Shown: positions 36,114-47,066 of the stretch, piece after piece | How the letters are laid out: every line of letters starts with the position of its first letter | Numbering within the stretch: the stretch's first letter is position 1 | Source of the DNA: Bacteroidia bacterium | GTDB taxonomy: Bacteria; Bacteroidota; Bacteroidia; Flavobacteriales; Flavobacteriaceae | DNA: 64,000 bases | Assembly: GCA_030428865.1 (NCBI GenBank) | Contig: JAUIEK010000009.1 | Location: forward strand, 4,876 to 68,875 | Reading direction: 5' to 3' | Made by a program: the position numbers and the translations under genes | The notes under the pieces: generated by a model | What the model was told of the DNA's origin: nothing | What the model saw: only the letters and a program-made list of their open reading frames with translations | Databases searched by the model: none

Positions 36114-36232
36114 TATTATACTTTTTGAATTAATTAGGCCAAAAGTCCTAAATTAATCTTAAAGATCCAATTTTTTAACATAAAAAACATGGTGATTTTT
36201 AAAAAAACGCTTGATAGGACTTCAATAAATTT

Positions 36233-36259
36233 AAAAGACCGTCATAATGACGGTCTTTT
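36233..36259 (-). terminator. intrinsic terminator between the two SusC/D pairs
   Basis: Stem aaaagaccgtca with tgacggtctttt, flanked by A and T runs. Located downstream of the SusD-like gene at 36307. Confidence 0.55.
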
Positions 36260-36306
36260 AAATTTATAAGAATAAAATTATTCCTTAAAACTAAAATTTT
36301 TAAATT

Positions 36307-37737
36307 TTAGTTAACATCCCACCAAACTTTGGCTGTCATATCTCCAGGGTTGTTTGTAACTGTATTTAACTCAGTTGAATTAGATTGCGTTTCAGATAGC
36401 GGATATGGCATGCGAACAGGGATAGTTGATAGTTGTGCAGCAGCTGGTACAGATAGCTGTGGGTAATCTAACCTTCTCCATTCGTTCCAAGCTTCAAAAC
36501 CATTCATGTAAAGAGCGATCCACTTTTGAACTCCTATTGATTCTTTCCAGTTTGCAGGATTATAAGGATTATTAGAAATGTAGTCGTTTATTACGGTTGC
36601 ATCACTAACACCCCAATAACTCATTGAAGCGGTAACTCCGTTAGCATAAGCATTTGCTGCATCTCCTGTTAAAATACCTCTCTGATATGCTTCTGCTAAT
36701 AAGAACTGCACTTCTGCATAAGAAATGATAACATGTGGTGTTGTAGCAGCTCTCACATTATCATTTGGTCTAGATGTAGTAGGTTTTAATACTGTTGCAT
36801 CATTATCATTTAAACCATAAGGCATCCCAACGATATTGCCAGAACTTGCAGGTTTAGCAAACATTTCTAACCTAGGATCTCCTAAACCATTTAGAGTAGT
36901 TACAAGATATTCTGAAATAGCATAGTCGTCTCTATTTCCGCTTAAAGGTGAATAATTACGAAATAATGGGTTGGCTCTGGCTAAACTAGACTGAAATGTA
37001 AACAATGCGTTTTCTGAATTACTAGAGATTAAGTTAGATGCTGCTAAGTTAATATATCGGTCAGCAGTAACAGGATCAATATCCACAATACGCATTGCAT
37101 AACGAAGCATTAAAGAATTAGTTAATTTAATCCACATGGCGATATCTCCATTATATATAATCTCTCCAGAATCAAATGATGGCGAGGAGGCACTAAATGT
37201 TGCTGAAGCATTTTCTAAGGTAGCTAAGATATCATTGTAAATTGTTTCTTGAGTGTCATAAGCTGGAAGGTTTTCTGTACCTATAGCTTCTGCATAAGGT
37301 ACAGAACCAAAACCATCTGTTAAGAAACAAAATGCTTGAACACTCATAACATCAAGAATATTCTTTTGGTTAGTCCTTACTGCATCTAGCATATCTTGAT
37401 TATCTACTAAAGTCTTAGCGGCGTCTAACTCTTTTAAAACATTCGCATACATAGTAGACCAGGTGCCATCAAAGAAGGTAATGTCTTGATTGTATCTACT
37501 GTCATCAGTATATTCATTTTGAGCCCATTGTTGAACCATTAGAAGTCCCCATTGAGCATTTATTGCAACACCTTGAAGAGTATTATAATAGTTGTATTGC
37601 GCTGTAGTTAAAAGGGTAGAGGGATCTACATTAACAGCGTTATTTGGGTCTGTATTTAAATCTGATAAGTTGTTATCACACTTAGAGAACAACAGTATAG
37701 ATAAAATAAATAGTGAGTATATTTTAATTTTTTTCAT
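36307..37737 (-). CDS. SusD-like outer-membrane lipoprotein (second type)
   Basis: Lipobox FSKC|D. 476 aa. Lies directly downstream of a SusC-like gene. Confidence 0.8.
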   Translation of the reverse strand: MKKIKIYSLFILSILLFSKCDNNLSDLNTDPNNAVNVDPSTLLTTAQYNYYNTLQGVAINAQWGLLMVQQWAQNEYTDDSRYNQDITFFDGTWSTMYANVLKELDAAKTLVDNQDMLDAVRTNQKNILDVMSVQAFCFLTDGFGSVPYAEAIGTENLPAYDTQETIYNDILATLENASATFSASSPSFDSGEIIYNGDIAMWIKLTNSLMLRYAMRIVDIDPVTADRYINLAASNLISSNSENALFTFQSSLARANPLFRNYSPLSGNRDDYAISEYLVTTLNGLGDPRLEMFAKPASSGNIVGMPYGLNDNDATVLKPTTSRPNDNVRAATTPHVIISYAEVQFLLAEAYQRGILTGDAANAYANGVTASMSYWGVSDATVINDYISNNPYNPANWKESIGVQKWIALYMNGFEAWNEWRRLDYPQLSVPAAAQLSTIPVRMPYPLSETQSNSTELNTVTNNPGDMTAKVWWDVN

Positions 37738-37747
37738 TGTCTTATTT

Positions 37748-40700
37748 TTAAAATTTAGCAGAAATATTTAATCCGAAAGAACTTGTAGCTGGTATTTGAG
37801 CGTTCTCTAGCCCTTGAGCATTCCCTGCTCCAGTTATTACTTGAGGATCAATAAATGGCACTTCTGAATATAAAATTCCTAAGTTTCTACCAAAAGCGCT
37901 TAAGTTTAAACTTGTAAATGGTGTTTTGCTTAAAAATTCAGATGGAAAACTATAACTCAACCTAACATCTCTAAACTTAATAAAACTAGCATCATATACA
38001 TTAGGAGCAGCCCTATTCCAGTATGTTTGATAATAAGTTTGAGGGTCAATTCTTATATCATTTGGAGAACCATCAGCTTTAACGCCAGGCAAAACCATTC
38101 CGTTAGCTCTTACATCACTCTCGCCATTAAATGATACTGTTTCTGGATGCATTCCTGAATATTTAGACCATTGTAAAGAAGTTGAATGGATTATACCTCC
38201 AACTTGAAAATCAAATAAAGCAGATAGAGTAAAATTTTTATAAGTGAAAGAGGTGTTAAAACCTCCTGTCCAGTCGGCAATAGCAGAACCTAAATACTCT
38301 CTATCAGCTGTAAATTGATAATTCCCATTGCTGTCTACTAATCTATTTCCATTTTCGTCAAAAACATAATTTTGACCAAACAATGCCATGTAAGGAAGAC
38401 CTTCTTGGATTCTTAAATCAGCAGCCCATGTACTTCCAGCGTCAATACTCTCTACTACAGTATTTCCATTTTCATCTTTGAGAAGTTTAACTACTTCATT
38501 GTTTAGGCTAGTTAAATTAAGTCCAACATCCCACCTAAAATCTTCTGTTTGAATGGGCGTTCCGTTAATTTGTAATTCGAGACCATAATTTCTCATTTCA
38601 CCAGCATTTAACAATTGTGATGTATAACCTGTTGCAGAAGATACTGGAACGTTAAATATTTGATCATCAGTGGTTCTGTCATAATAAGCTGCGTCAATAC
38701 TTAACCTGTTTCTAAACATCCTTATTAAAAACCCAAATTCTATTTCTGTAGTTAATTCATTAACTAAATTTGGGTTTTGTCTTGAGTTTGGAACAGAATA
38801 CAATGGATTAGTACCAAAATTGGGTGTAATAGGATTATATACATCAACTAACCTGTAAGGATCAGCATCACTACCTGCTTGAGCTACACTCAATCTTATC
38901 TTTCCGAAATTAATAATATCGCTTTCTTTTATTGAGGGTAATTCAGAGAACGCAAAACTTAAAGAGGCTGATGGGTAAAAATAACTATTATTTTCTTTTG
39001 GTAAGGTAGATGACCAGTCGTTTCTTGCTGTAAGATCTAAAAACAGCATGTCTTTCCAACTAAAAGATGCGGAGCCGAAAATACTATTAATCCCCTTTTG
39101 AGATTCAAAAGTATCTGTAATTGGTGAATCTGCAGAATTACCAATATTAAAAAACTGATCAACAACTAACCCTCCATTAGTTTCAGAGGTTAATCTTTTA
39201 GAAAATTGCCTCATCCTATTAGCCCCAACAAACCCGCTGAATGAAAAATCTTCAGAAAAATCTTTATTATAATTTAATCTAAGTTCTATGTTTGTTTCTT
39301 GAAACCTTCTTTCGGTTTCTTCATATCTAGAGCCAAGCACAGATCCTAAAGGAATGCCTTCCCTTATGCTAAATTGGAAAAAATCAGTACTAAACTGAGT
39401 TGTTACATTGAGATTTTCATTTATTTCATAAGAAAGATTTACATTGCCAAAAACTCTATTTTTCACATCTTCTTGTAAAAAGTTTTCCCTTACCCAATAA
39501 GGATTATCAAAATAGTTAGGAGAAGGATCAAAAGATTGTAACTGACCGTTGTTGTCTATAGTAAGGCCTTTGGGGTTCCAAGTATATTGATTTCCCTCAG
39601 TTGTATTTTGTTGGCGCCCCAATCTTTTAATATCTAATTGAGACTGCCACCATTGCGTGAAACCTTGTAAAGGGTTTGTACTATTATAACCCGTTGCATT
39701 TCTGTTTTCGGCTTCGGTTTTTACATAAGTAAATGCAACTCTAGATTTCAATTTGTCAGTTAAGTTGTAATTACTATTTAAATTTATAGTGTTTCTTTGT
39801 AACTCTCCTTTCGGAATAGTACCTTTTTGATCTAAATTTGTATAAGATAATCTATAGGATCCTTTTTCATTACTTCCTGATAATGCAATTGTATTAATAT
39901 AAGTAACACCAGTGTTAAAAAATGATTCGTATGAATTTTCTGGAGCAACCCATGGCCTTGTTTCTTTGTAATTACTAGCACCTGGATCCCAAGAATCCCA
40001 GTGTCTTACAAGTACATTTGGATCAAACCTGGGTCCCCATGACCCGTCTTTAGCATAGTTTGGGGCTAAATAAGCAACACCATCTTGAATAAACTCATTA
40101 AATCCACTGTCAGTATCATATATAGAGCCCCCACCATAAGTTGTTTGAATAGGGATTAGATTTCTAACTTTATCAAAAGTAACACTTGAGTCAAAAGAAA
40201 CTCCCATTCCTTTTTGATTTTTTCCAGACTTAGTAGTAATTAAGATAACACCATTTGCGCCTCTAGATCCGTAAGCAGCAGTTGCTGCTGCACCTTTTAA
40301 AACACTCATAGAAGCAATATTAGAAGGGTCTATTTCTGATGCAGCATTTCCATAGTCATATGCACCACCACCGAAACCTGTTTGTTGAGCACTACTAGAA
40401 TACTCTGCATTACTGATTGGAACACCATCTACAATAAACAAAGGTTGGTTGTCTCCTAAGAAAGAATTTGAACCACGAATTGTTATTCTAGAAGCTCCCC
40501 CTAAAGAAGAAGGACTACCTTGAATTTGTACACCTGCAATTCTACCTTGCAAGGAGTTTACAAGATTTGGTTCTTTTGCATCTTCAATTTTTTTGCCAGA
40601 AATTTTCTGTACTGCATAACCAATCGCTTTTTCTTTTTTTGAGATTCCTAAAGCAGTAACGATTACTTCATCCAAAATCTCTCCACTTTCTTCCATTTTC

Positions 40701-40975
40701 AAGTTTATTGAATTAGAAGAGCCTACTGTTTTTTCAATGGTTTTGTATCCGATAAATGAGAATACAAGCACATCACCCATCTTGGCATTAATTGAGTACT
40801 TACCATCAAAATCTGTGTATATGCCTTTTGAGGTGCCTTTAATTATTACACTAACTCCTGGTAAACCTCCTGATTCGTCAGTAACAGTACCGGAGATGGT
40901 TTTCTCTTGTGCAAATGAAACTTGCACTACCAACGCCAGAAATAGCGTTAAAAATCCGTTTAACGTTGTCTTCAT
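37748..40975 (-). CDS. SusC/RagA-family TonB-dependent outer-membrane transporter
   Basis: The N-terminus is nearly the same as that of the 33162-36113 paralog. It has the carboxypeptidase-regulatory-like domain, plug and barrel. 1075 aa, ending in F. Confidence 0.9.
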   Translation of the reverse strand: MKTTLNGFLTLFLALVVQVSFAQEKTISGTVTDESGGLPGVSVIIKGTSKGIYTDFDGKYSINAKMGDVLVFSFIGYKTIEKTVGSSNSINLKMEESGEILDEVIVTALGISKKEKAIGYAVQKISGKKIEDAKEPNLVNSLQGRIAGVQIQGSPSSLGGASRITIRGSNSFLGDNQPLFIVDGVPISNAEYSSSAQQTGFGGGAYDYGNAASEIDPSNIASMSVLKGAAATAAYGSRGANGVILITTKSGKNQKGMGVSFDSSVTFDKVRNLIPIQTTYGGGSIYDTDSGFNEFIQDGVAYLAPNYAKDGSWGPRFDPNVLVRHWDSWDPGASNYKETRPWVAPENSYESFFNTGVTYINTIALSGSNEKGSYRLSYTNLDQKGTIPKGELQRNTINLNSNYNLTDKLKSRVAFTYVKTEAENRNATGYNSTNPLQGFTQWWQSQLDIKRLGRQQNTTEGNQYTWNPKGLTIDNNGQLQSFDPSPNYFDNPYWVRENFLQEDVKNRVFGNVNLSYEINENLNVTTQFSTDFFQFSIREGIPLGSVLGSRYEETERRFQETNIELRLNYNKDFSEDFSFSGFVGANRMRQFSKRLTSETNGGLVVDQFFNIGNSADSPITDTFESQKGINSIFGSASFSWKDMLFLDLTARNDWSSTLPKENNSYFYPSASLSFAFSELPSIKESDIINFGKIRLSVAQAGSDADPYRLVDVYNPITPNFGTNPLYSVPNSRQNPNLVNELTTEIEFGFLIRMFRNRLSIDAAYYDRTTDDQIFNVPVSSATGYTSQLLNAGEMRNYGLELQINGTPIQTEDFRWDVGLNLTSLNNEVVKLLKDENGNTVVESIDAGSTWAADLRIQEGLPYMALFGQNYVFDENGNRLVDSNGNYQFTADREYLGSAIADWTGGFNTSFTYKNFTLSALFDFQVGGIIHSTSLQWSKYSGMHPETVSFNGESDVRANGMVLPGVKADGSPNDIRIDPQTYYQTYWNRAAPNVYDASFIKFRDVRLSYSFPSEFLSKTPFTSLNLSAFGRNLGILYSEVPFIDPQVITGAGNAQGLENAQIPATSSFGLNISAKF

Positions 40976-41118
40976 ATTATGATTATTTGAATTAAATTAG
41001 CGGCAAATGTGTTAAAATAATATTAAATACACAAATGAATAAGTTAAAAAAAAGACATAATCACAATCTTTTTATTAAATAACTAAGAATAATTAATTGG
41101 TAAAGGTGTTGTAGTCGG

Positions 41119-42786
41119 TTAAAAGAAACTTTTGAAGCTAATATTTAATCTAGATGCATCAAAATTAAAGTTTGTCTTTTGGCTTTTCCCCAATACATAA
41201 CTAAGATTGATTTGAGAAGTTTTGATATTAAAAAAATAACCAAATCCCAATCCGATATAATACTCATTAGATAGAGTAATAGTTTTTATATAACCAAAAT
41301 CTGTTAATAAATAAAGGTAAGATAGTGAATCTGTTAAATGTCTGTACTCAAGATTTATGTAACTGAATTTTGGAGTAAAAATACTTTGATCTGCGAAGCC
41401 TCTTAACGAATTAATTCCGCCAATTCTGTATAGTTCATTAAATAAGTAATTTTTTGATTGTAAAAAACCAGTTTGATTTCTTATGTATATGGAATTTTTA
41501 GAACTCAATTTAAATTGAGAAATCACTTCTAAATCAAATTTAAACTGGTTGATTGATTCACTTATTTTTTTTCTGTTTCCAAAAGCTATTTGTGAAAAGA
41601 GTAGCAAATTCTGATTATTAAGAGAATTTAAGTTGGCTTTTTTATATTCATAAGTAACGCCTACCATATTGCTACTAAAATCATCAATATTATTTTGCTG
41701 AGGATTGTCGTTAATCAAGTTAGAAATCTCAGAGTTGTATGATACGCCTAAAGTGTTCTTGTGATTCAAATTATAAAATACATTTCCGTAGAATTTAGTA
41801 TTTAGAAAAGAGGAATCTTGTTTGTAAATGTTTAAAGATGTGTTTAGTTGAAAACGTGAACTAAATAAGTAAGGCAGTGTAATCTTAGTATTGAATTCTT
41901 GACGGTCTTCTCCGTAGCTTCTCCAAAAAACAGAAAAAGACTCACCAAAATCTAAATTATTGTTGAGTGTCAAATCGAGAGTTCCATTAAAGATGACTCC
42001 ATTTCCATTAGGATTATTTCCAAAATTTAGCAAACCGTCAAAACTACTATTTCCTCTTTTTTCTACATATATATATATAATGGTAGAATCTTGTTTGAAT
42101 AAAACTTCAGATTGCTTTTGTTTTTTTATAAAAGAAAGATTGTCTAATCGCTGATCTGTTTCTTTAAGCAAATCGTTTGTGAAAACTGTATTAGAATCAA
42201 TTTCTAAATAATGTTTGATAAATGATTTAGGTAATTTTTCGTATCCTTTAACTAATACTTTATTGATAAATCTTACTTCTGACTTTGAAATAACTAAATC
42301 AAGAAATAGTTTATTTTCTTTTAATCTATAATTTTGAAAAGAAATTTTTGAAAAAGGGACTCCCAAGTTACTCAACGTTTTAGAAACTTCTTTTTTAAAA
42401 GTGCTCAAGCTTTTAATGGAAAACCGTTTTTGTTTTTTTATTGCTCCTAATATTTTTAAGAATTCTTCAGGAATATTTACAACTAACTCTTCTGTTCGCT
42501 TTCCTAAAAGGAAAGTAGCTAGATAAGTGTTGTTATCTTGTCTTACCATAGTATCTAGATGAGCTGTGAAAAAACCTTCTAGTTTTAAAGAGTCTAAAAT
42601 TTTAAACAGCTCCTGATTAATGCTTTTTACAGATGGGTGAGTTTTTTGGTAAGAGATTTTTTCTATAAAATGTAAGTTGTCTGTTTTTTTCGAGTTCACT
42701 TTTAAAGTGAGGTTTTGAGAAAAAACCTCTTTTGAAAAACCGAAGAAGAAGATTATTGATAAAAATATAGTGGAAAAAAATCTCAA
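41119..42786 (-). CDS. Omp85/BamA-family-like outer-membrane beta-barrel protein
   Basis: Signal peptide, a POTRA-like N-terminal half, the motif RIGGINSLRGF in the barrel half and a C-terminal F. Confidence 0.55.
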   Translation of the reverse strand: MRFFSTIFLSIIFFFGFSKEVFSQNLTLKVNSKKTDNLHFIEKISYQKTHPSVKSINQELFKILDSLKLEGFFTAHLDTMVRQDNNTYLATFLLGKRTEELVVNIPEEFLKILGAIKKQKRFSIKSLSTFKKEVSKTLSNLGVPFSKISFQNYRLKENKLFLDLVISKSEVRFINKVLVKGYEKLPKSFIKHYLEIDSNTVFTNDLLKETDQRLDNLSFIKKQKQSEVLFKQDSTIIYIYVEKRGNSSFDGLLNFGNNPNGNGVIFNGTLDLTLNNNLDFGESFSVFWRSYGEDRQEFNTKITLPYLFSSRFQLNTSLNIYKQDSSFLNTKFYGNVFYNLNHKNTLGVSYNSEISNLINDNPQQNNIDDFSSNMVGVTYEYKKANLNSLNNQNLLLFSQIAFGNRKKISESINQFKFDLEVISQFKLSSKNSIYIRNQTGFLQSKNYLFNELYRIGGINSLRGFADQSIFTPKFSYINLEYRHLTDSLSYLYLLTDFGYIKTITLSNEYYIGLGFGYFFNIKTSQINLSYVLGKSQKTNFNFDASRLNISFKSFF

Positions 42787-42876
42787 AGTAGTATTTTAAA
42801 ACAGGGCTAAATGTAATATAAAATCAATAGATGAGCTGATTTTAATAAAGGGGGCGAAAAAATAATCCAATGCTAT

Positions 42877-42906
42877 TTGAATAAATGGAAATTAATCGTA
42901 CATTTG
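42877..42906 (+). promoter_or_regulatory. Bacteroidota-type sigmaA promoter for the rpsL operon
   Basis: TTG at 42877-42879, then a 19-nt spacer, then TACATTTG at 42899-42906. This matches the -33 TTG / -7 TAnnTTTG consensus. It lies about 58 nt upstream of the rpsL ATG. Confidence 0.5.
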
Positions 42907-42964
42907 CGCTCTCTTAAATAGAGAGTAAAATTTAAGTACAAACGAAAATTAGTAACATTTTAGT

Positions 42965-43339
42965 ATGCCAACTATTCAACAATTAGTTCGAAAAGGAAGA
43001 GCCAAAACAACTAAGAAGAGTAAATCGGCTGCCTTGACGTCTTGTCCTCAAAGGCGTGGTGTTTGTACGCGTGTATATACAACAACTCCAAAAAAACCGA
43101 ACTCAGCAATGCGTAAAGTAGCGAGAGTAAGGTTAACGAATGGAAACGAAATTAACGCGTATATCCCAGGTGAAGGACATAATCTTCAAGAGCACTCGAT
43201 AGTATTAGTTAGGGGTGGAAGGGTAAAAGATTTGCCAGGAGTTAAGTACCACGTTGTTCGTGGAGCTTTGGATACTGCGGGAGTTGAGGGAAGAACTCAG
43301 CGAAGATCAAAGTATGGTGCAAAACGCCCTAAAAAGTAA
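42965..43339 (+). CDS. rpsL: 30S ribosomal protein S12
   Basis: [12 protein letters not shown]... is unmistakably uS12. Confidence 0.97.
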   Translation: MPTIQQLVRKGRAKTTKKSKSAALTSCPQRRGVCTRVYTTTPKKPNSAMRKVARVRLTNGNEINAYIPGEGHNLQEHSIVLVRGGRVKDLPGVKYHVVRGALDTAGVEGRTQRRSKYGAKRPKK

Positions 43340-43364
43340 GTATTAACTTTTTAATGTTTTAAAC

Positions 43365-43841
43365 ATGAGAAAAAGAAGAGCTAAAAAAAGAGTTTTGTTG
43401 CCAGATCCAAGATTTAACAATCAATTAGTAACTCGATTCGTTAATAATTTAATGTGGGATGGTAAGAAATCTGTAGCATTTAAAGTGTTTTATGATGCAA
43501 TTGATATTGTAGAGCAAAAGAAAGAAGATAGTGAAAAGTCGGCTTTGGAAGTTTGGGAAGATGGATTATCTAATGTAATGCCTCATGTGGAGGTTCGTTC
43601 AAGGCGAGTTGGGGGAGCAACATTCCAAATTCCAATGCAAATTAGACCAGACCGTAAGGTTTCTATGGCTATGAAGTGGATGATATCTTATGCTAGAAAG
43701 CGTAATGAGAAAACCATGGCGCAACGCCTTGCAGCGGAAATTTTAGCTGCAGCTAAAGAAGAAGGTGCGGCGGTTAAGAAGCGAATGGATACGCATAAAA
43801 TGGCAGAAGCAAACAAAGCATTCTCTCACTTTAGATTCTAA
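43365..43841 (+). CDS. rpsG: 30S ribosomal protein S7
   Basis: uS7 sequence in the str operon position. Confidence 0.97.
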   Translation: MRKRRAKKRVLLPDPRFNNQLVTRFVNNLMWDGKKSVAFKVFYDAIDIVEQKKEDSEKSALEVWEDGLSNVMPHVEVRSRRVGGATFQIPMQIRPDRKVSMAMKWMISYARKRNEKTMAQRLAAEILAAAKEEGAAVKKRMDTHKMAEANKAFSHFRF

Positions 43842-43844
43842 AAA

Positions 43845-45962
43845 ATGGCAAGAGATTTAAAATATACTAGAAATATAGGAATTGCTGCTCATATTGACGC
43901 AGGTAAAACTACTACAACAGAGAGAATTCTTTATTATACTGGAGTCTCTCATAAGATTGGTGAGGTTCATGATGGAGCTGCAACAATGGATTGGATGGAG
44001 CAAGAGCAAGAAAGAGGTATTACAATTACTTCTGCTGCTACAACATGTACTTGGCAGTTTCCTACAGAAAATGGGAAGCCTACAGCAGATGCACAAGGTT
44101 ACCACTTTAATATTATTGATACTCCAGGTCACGTAGATTTTACAGTTGAGGTAAATAGATCATTACGTGTTTTAGATGGTCTTGTTTTCTTGTTTTCTGC
44201 TGTTGATGGAGTAGAGCCTCAATCAGAAACTAACTGGAGGTTAGCAGATAATTACAAGGTTCCAAGAATGGGCTTTGTTAATAAAATGGATCGTCAAGGT
44301 TCTGACTTTTTAAATGTTTGTCGCCAAGTAAAAGAAATGTTAGGCTCAAATGCAGTGCCTATCGTTTTGCCTATTGGTGATGAAGCTGATTTTAAGGGTA
44401 TTGTAGACTTGGTTAAAAACAGAGCTATTGTTTGGCATGAAGATACGCAAGGTTCTACATTTGATGTTATTGACATTCCAGATGATTTAAAAACGGAGGC
44501 AGCTGAGTATAGAGCAATGTTAATAGAGGAGGTAGCTGCTTACGACGAGAATCTGTTAGAGAAGTTTATGGAAGATGAAGACTCAATTACGGAAGATGAA
44601 ATTCATGCTGCATTAAGAGCTGCAGTAATGGATATGTCTATCATCCCAATGATCTGTGGTTCTGCTTTCAAAAATAAAGGTGTGCAGTTTTTATTAGATG
44701 CTGTATGTCGTTACTTGCCATCACCAATAGATAAAGATGCTATTATTGGTACAGATCCAGATACAGGTGAGGAAATTACACGTAAACCAGATGCAAAAGA
44801 ACCTTTTTCGGCTTTAGCGTTTAAGATTGCTACAGATCCATTTGTAGGACGTTTAGCATTTTTTAGAGCATATTCAGGTCGTTTAGATGCAGGATCATAT
44901 GTGTTGAATAATCGTTCAGGTAACAAAGAGCGTATTTCACGTATCTATCAGATGCATGCAAATAAGCAAAATGCGATTGAATATATTGAAGCAGGAGATA
45001 TAGGTGCTGCAGTTGGATTTAAAGACATTAAAACAGGAGATACATTATCTGCAGAAAAGTCGCCAATTGTTTTGGAATCTATGGATTTCCCAGATCCAGT
45101 AATTGGTATTGCTGTGGAGCCTAAGACAAAGGCAGATGTAGATAAATTAGGGATGGCTTTAGCAAAATTAGCTGAAGAAGATCCAACATTTACTGTAAAA
45201 ACAGATGAAGCTTCTGGTCAAACCATTATCTCTGGTATGGGAGAGCTTCACTTGGATATTATTATAGACCGTTTAAAACGTGAGTTTAAAGTAGATGTAA
45301 GTCAAGGTCAACCTCAAGTTGAGTACAAAGAGGCACTTACGGCTACTGCAGAACACAGAGAAGTTTATAAGAAGCAATCTGGAGGACGAGGTAAGTTCGC
45401 AGATATCGTGTTCAGAATGGAGCCTGCTGAGGAAGGAAAACAAGGTCTTGATTTTGTTTCTGAGATAAAAGGAGGAAACGTGCCTAAAGAATTTGTTCCT
45501 TCAGTAGAAAAAGGATTTAAAGAAGCAATGAAAAATGGTCCTTTAGCGGGTTATGAAATGGATGCGATGAAGATTACTCTATTAGATGGTTCTTTCCATC
45601 CTGTAGATTCTGATCAACTTTCTTTCGAATTAGCTGCTAAATTAGGTTACAAATCTGCTGCTAAACAGGCAAAAGCTGTAATCATGGAGCCAATTATGAA
45701 ATTAGAAGTTCTTACCCCAGAAGAAAATATGGGAGATATTGTAGGAGACTTAAATAGAAGGAGAGGTCAAGTGTCTAATATGTCAGATAGAGCAGGATCT
45801 AAGGTTGTAAAAGCAACTGTTCCATTATCAGAAATGTTTGGATATGTTACTTCTTTAAGAACGTTATCTTCTGGTAGAGCTACTTCTACAATGGAGTTCT
45901 CTCACTATGCAGAAACACCTTCTAATGTTTCAGAGGAAGTAATTGCTAAAGCTAAAGGTTAA
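43845..45962 (+). CDS. fusA: elongation factor G
   Basis: GTPase motifs [14 protein letters not shown] and NKMD. 705 aa. Confidence 0.97.
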   Translation: MARDLKYTRNIGIAAHIDAGKTTTTERILYYTGVSHKIGEVHDGAATMDWMEQEQERGITITSAATTCTWQFPTENGKPTADAQGYHFNIIDTPGHVDFTVEVNRSLRVLDGLVFLFSAVDGVEPQSETNWRLADNYKVPRMGFVNKMDRQGSDFLNVCRQVKEMLGSNAVPIVLPIGDEADFKGIVDLVKNRAIVWHEDTQGSTFDVIDIPDDLKTEAAEYRAMLIEEVAAYDENLLEKFMEDEDSITEDEIHAALRAAVMDMSIIPMICGSAFKNKGVQFLLDAVCRYLPSPIDKDAIIGTDPDTGEEITRKPDAKEPFSALAFKIATDPFVGRLAFFRAYSGRLDAGSYVLNNRSGNKERISRIYQMHANKQNAIEYIEAGDIGAAVGFKDIKTGDTLSAEKSPIVLESMDFPDPVIGIAVEPKTKADVDKLGMALAKLAEEDPTFTVKTDEASGQTIISGMGELHLDIIIDRLKREFKVDVSQGQPQVEYKEALTATAEHREVYKKQSGGRGKFADIVFRMEPAEEGKQGLDFVSEIKGGNVPKEFVPSVEKGFKEAMKNGPLAGYEMDAMKITLLDGSFHPVDSDQLSFELAAKLGYKSAAKQAKAVIMEPIMKLEVLTPEENMGDIVGDLNRRRGQVSNMSDRAGSKVVKATVPLSEMFGYVTSLRTLSSGRATSTMEFSHYAETPSNVSEEVIAKAKG

Positions 45963-45972
45963 TTAGAGAAAG

Positions 45973-46278
45973 ATGAGTCAAAAAATTAGAATAAAGCTAA
46001 AATCTTACGATTATAACTTGGTTGACAAGTCGGCAGAAAAAATCGTAAAAACAGTAAAGAGTACAGGAGCAGTTGTTAATGGTCCTATTCCTTTACCAAC
46101 AAATAAAAAGATTTTTACGGTATTACGTTCTCCGCACGTAAATAAAAAATCAAGAGAACAATTTCAGCTTTCTGCATATAAGCGTTTGTTAGACATTTAT
46201 AGTTCTTCTTCTAAGACTATTGATGCACTAATGAAGCTTGAACTACCAAGTGGTGTAGAAGTAGAAATTAAAGTATAA
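45973..46278 (+). CDS. rpsJ: 30S ribosomal protein S10
   Basis: uS10 sequence (IRIKLKSYD...). Confidence 0.97.
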   Translation: MSQKIRIKLKSYDYNLVDKSAEKIVKTVKSTGAVVNGPIPLPTNKKIFTVLRSPHVNKKSREQFQLSAYKRLLDIYSSSSKTIDALMKLELPSGVEVEIKV

Positions 46279-46291
46279 GTAGAAAGAACGA

Positions 46292-46313
46292 CAATGCCAA
46301 GAGATTGGCATTG
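46292..46313 (+). promoter_or_regulatory. stem-loop in the rpsJ-rplC spacer
   Basis: Perfect 8-bp stem, caatgcca (46292-46299) with tggcattg (46306-46313). Confidence 0.4.
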
Positions 46314-46358
46314 ACATGTCCGGAGGGTTTCGCGAAGGAAAAACGGTAAAAATACATT

Positions 46359-46392
46359 CAGGGTTAGAACGTATTTTGACCCTGTTTTTTTT
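46359..46392 (+). terminator. terminator/attenuator-like hairpin plus T8 run inside the ribosomal protein cluster
   Basis: cagggt (46359-46364) pairs with accctg (46379-46384), immediately followed by tttttttt (46385-46392). It lies 57 nt upstream of rplC. Confidence 0.45.
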
Positions 46393-46448
46393 CAAAGAGA
46401 TCAAAAGGAGTAAATAAATAAGTAAATAATAATTAATTAATAATTAAA

Positions 46449-47066
46449 ATGTCTGGGTTAATAGGAAGAAAAATCGGAATGACCAGCTTATTTGATGAAA
46501 ATGGGAAGAATATCCCTTGTACAGTAATCGAAGCAGGTCCATGCGTTGTAACCCAAGTCAGAACCGAAGAGGTTGACGGATACAATGCGTTACAACTTGG
46601 TTTCGATGACAAAAAAGCAAAAAGTTCTAACAAAGCGTTAGATGGCCACTTTAAAAAAGCTGGTACTACTGCAAAAAGAAAAGTCATTGAATTCCAAGGT
46701 TTTGAAGGAGAGTATAAATTAGGAGACTCAATTACTGTAGAACACTTTGAAGAAGGTGAGTTTGTAGATGTATCGGGTATTTCTAAAGGAAAAGGATTTC
46801 AAGGAGTTGTGAAGCGTCATGGTTTTGGCGGAGTTGGTCAAGCAACTCATGGGCAACATAACCGTTTAAGAGCGCCAGGTTCTATTGGTGCTGCTTCATA
46901 TCCTGCAAGAGTGTTCAAAGGAATGCGAATGGCAGGAAGAATGGGCGGTGAGAAAGTGAAGGTAGAAAACTTAAGAGTATTAAAAGTGGTTCCAGAAAAG
47001 AACTTACTTGTTGTTAAAGGAGCAGTTCCTGGTCACAAAAACTCTTACATAACTATTGAGAAGTAA
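46449..47066 (+). CDS. rplC: 50S ribosomal protein L3
   Basis: uL3 sequence in the S10 operon order. Confidence 0.97.
   Translation: MSGLIGRKIGMTSLFDENGKNIPCTVIEAGPCVVTQVRTEEVDGYNALQLGFDDKKAKSSNKALDGHFKKAGTTAKRKVIEFQGFEGEYKLGDSITVEHFEEGEFVDVSGISKGKGFQGVVKRHGFGGVGQATHGQHNRLRAPGSIGAASYPARVFKGMRMAGRMGGEKVKVENLRVLKVVPEKNLLVVKGAVPGHKNSYITIEK

Noticed and set aside
33162-40975. Similar 5-prime ends of the two SusC genes as a mobile or recombinogenic repeat
   Set aside because: The similarity is at paralog level, with many substitutions at the nucleotide level. It is confined to the signal peptide and N-terminal domain coding region, and no flanking repeats or transposase are present.
40737-42154. 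Plus-strand ORFs 40737-40982 and 41960-42154
   Set aside because: They are antisense to the SusC-like and Omp85-like genes.
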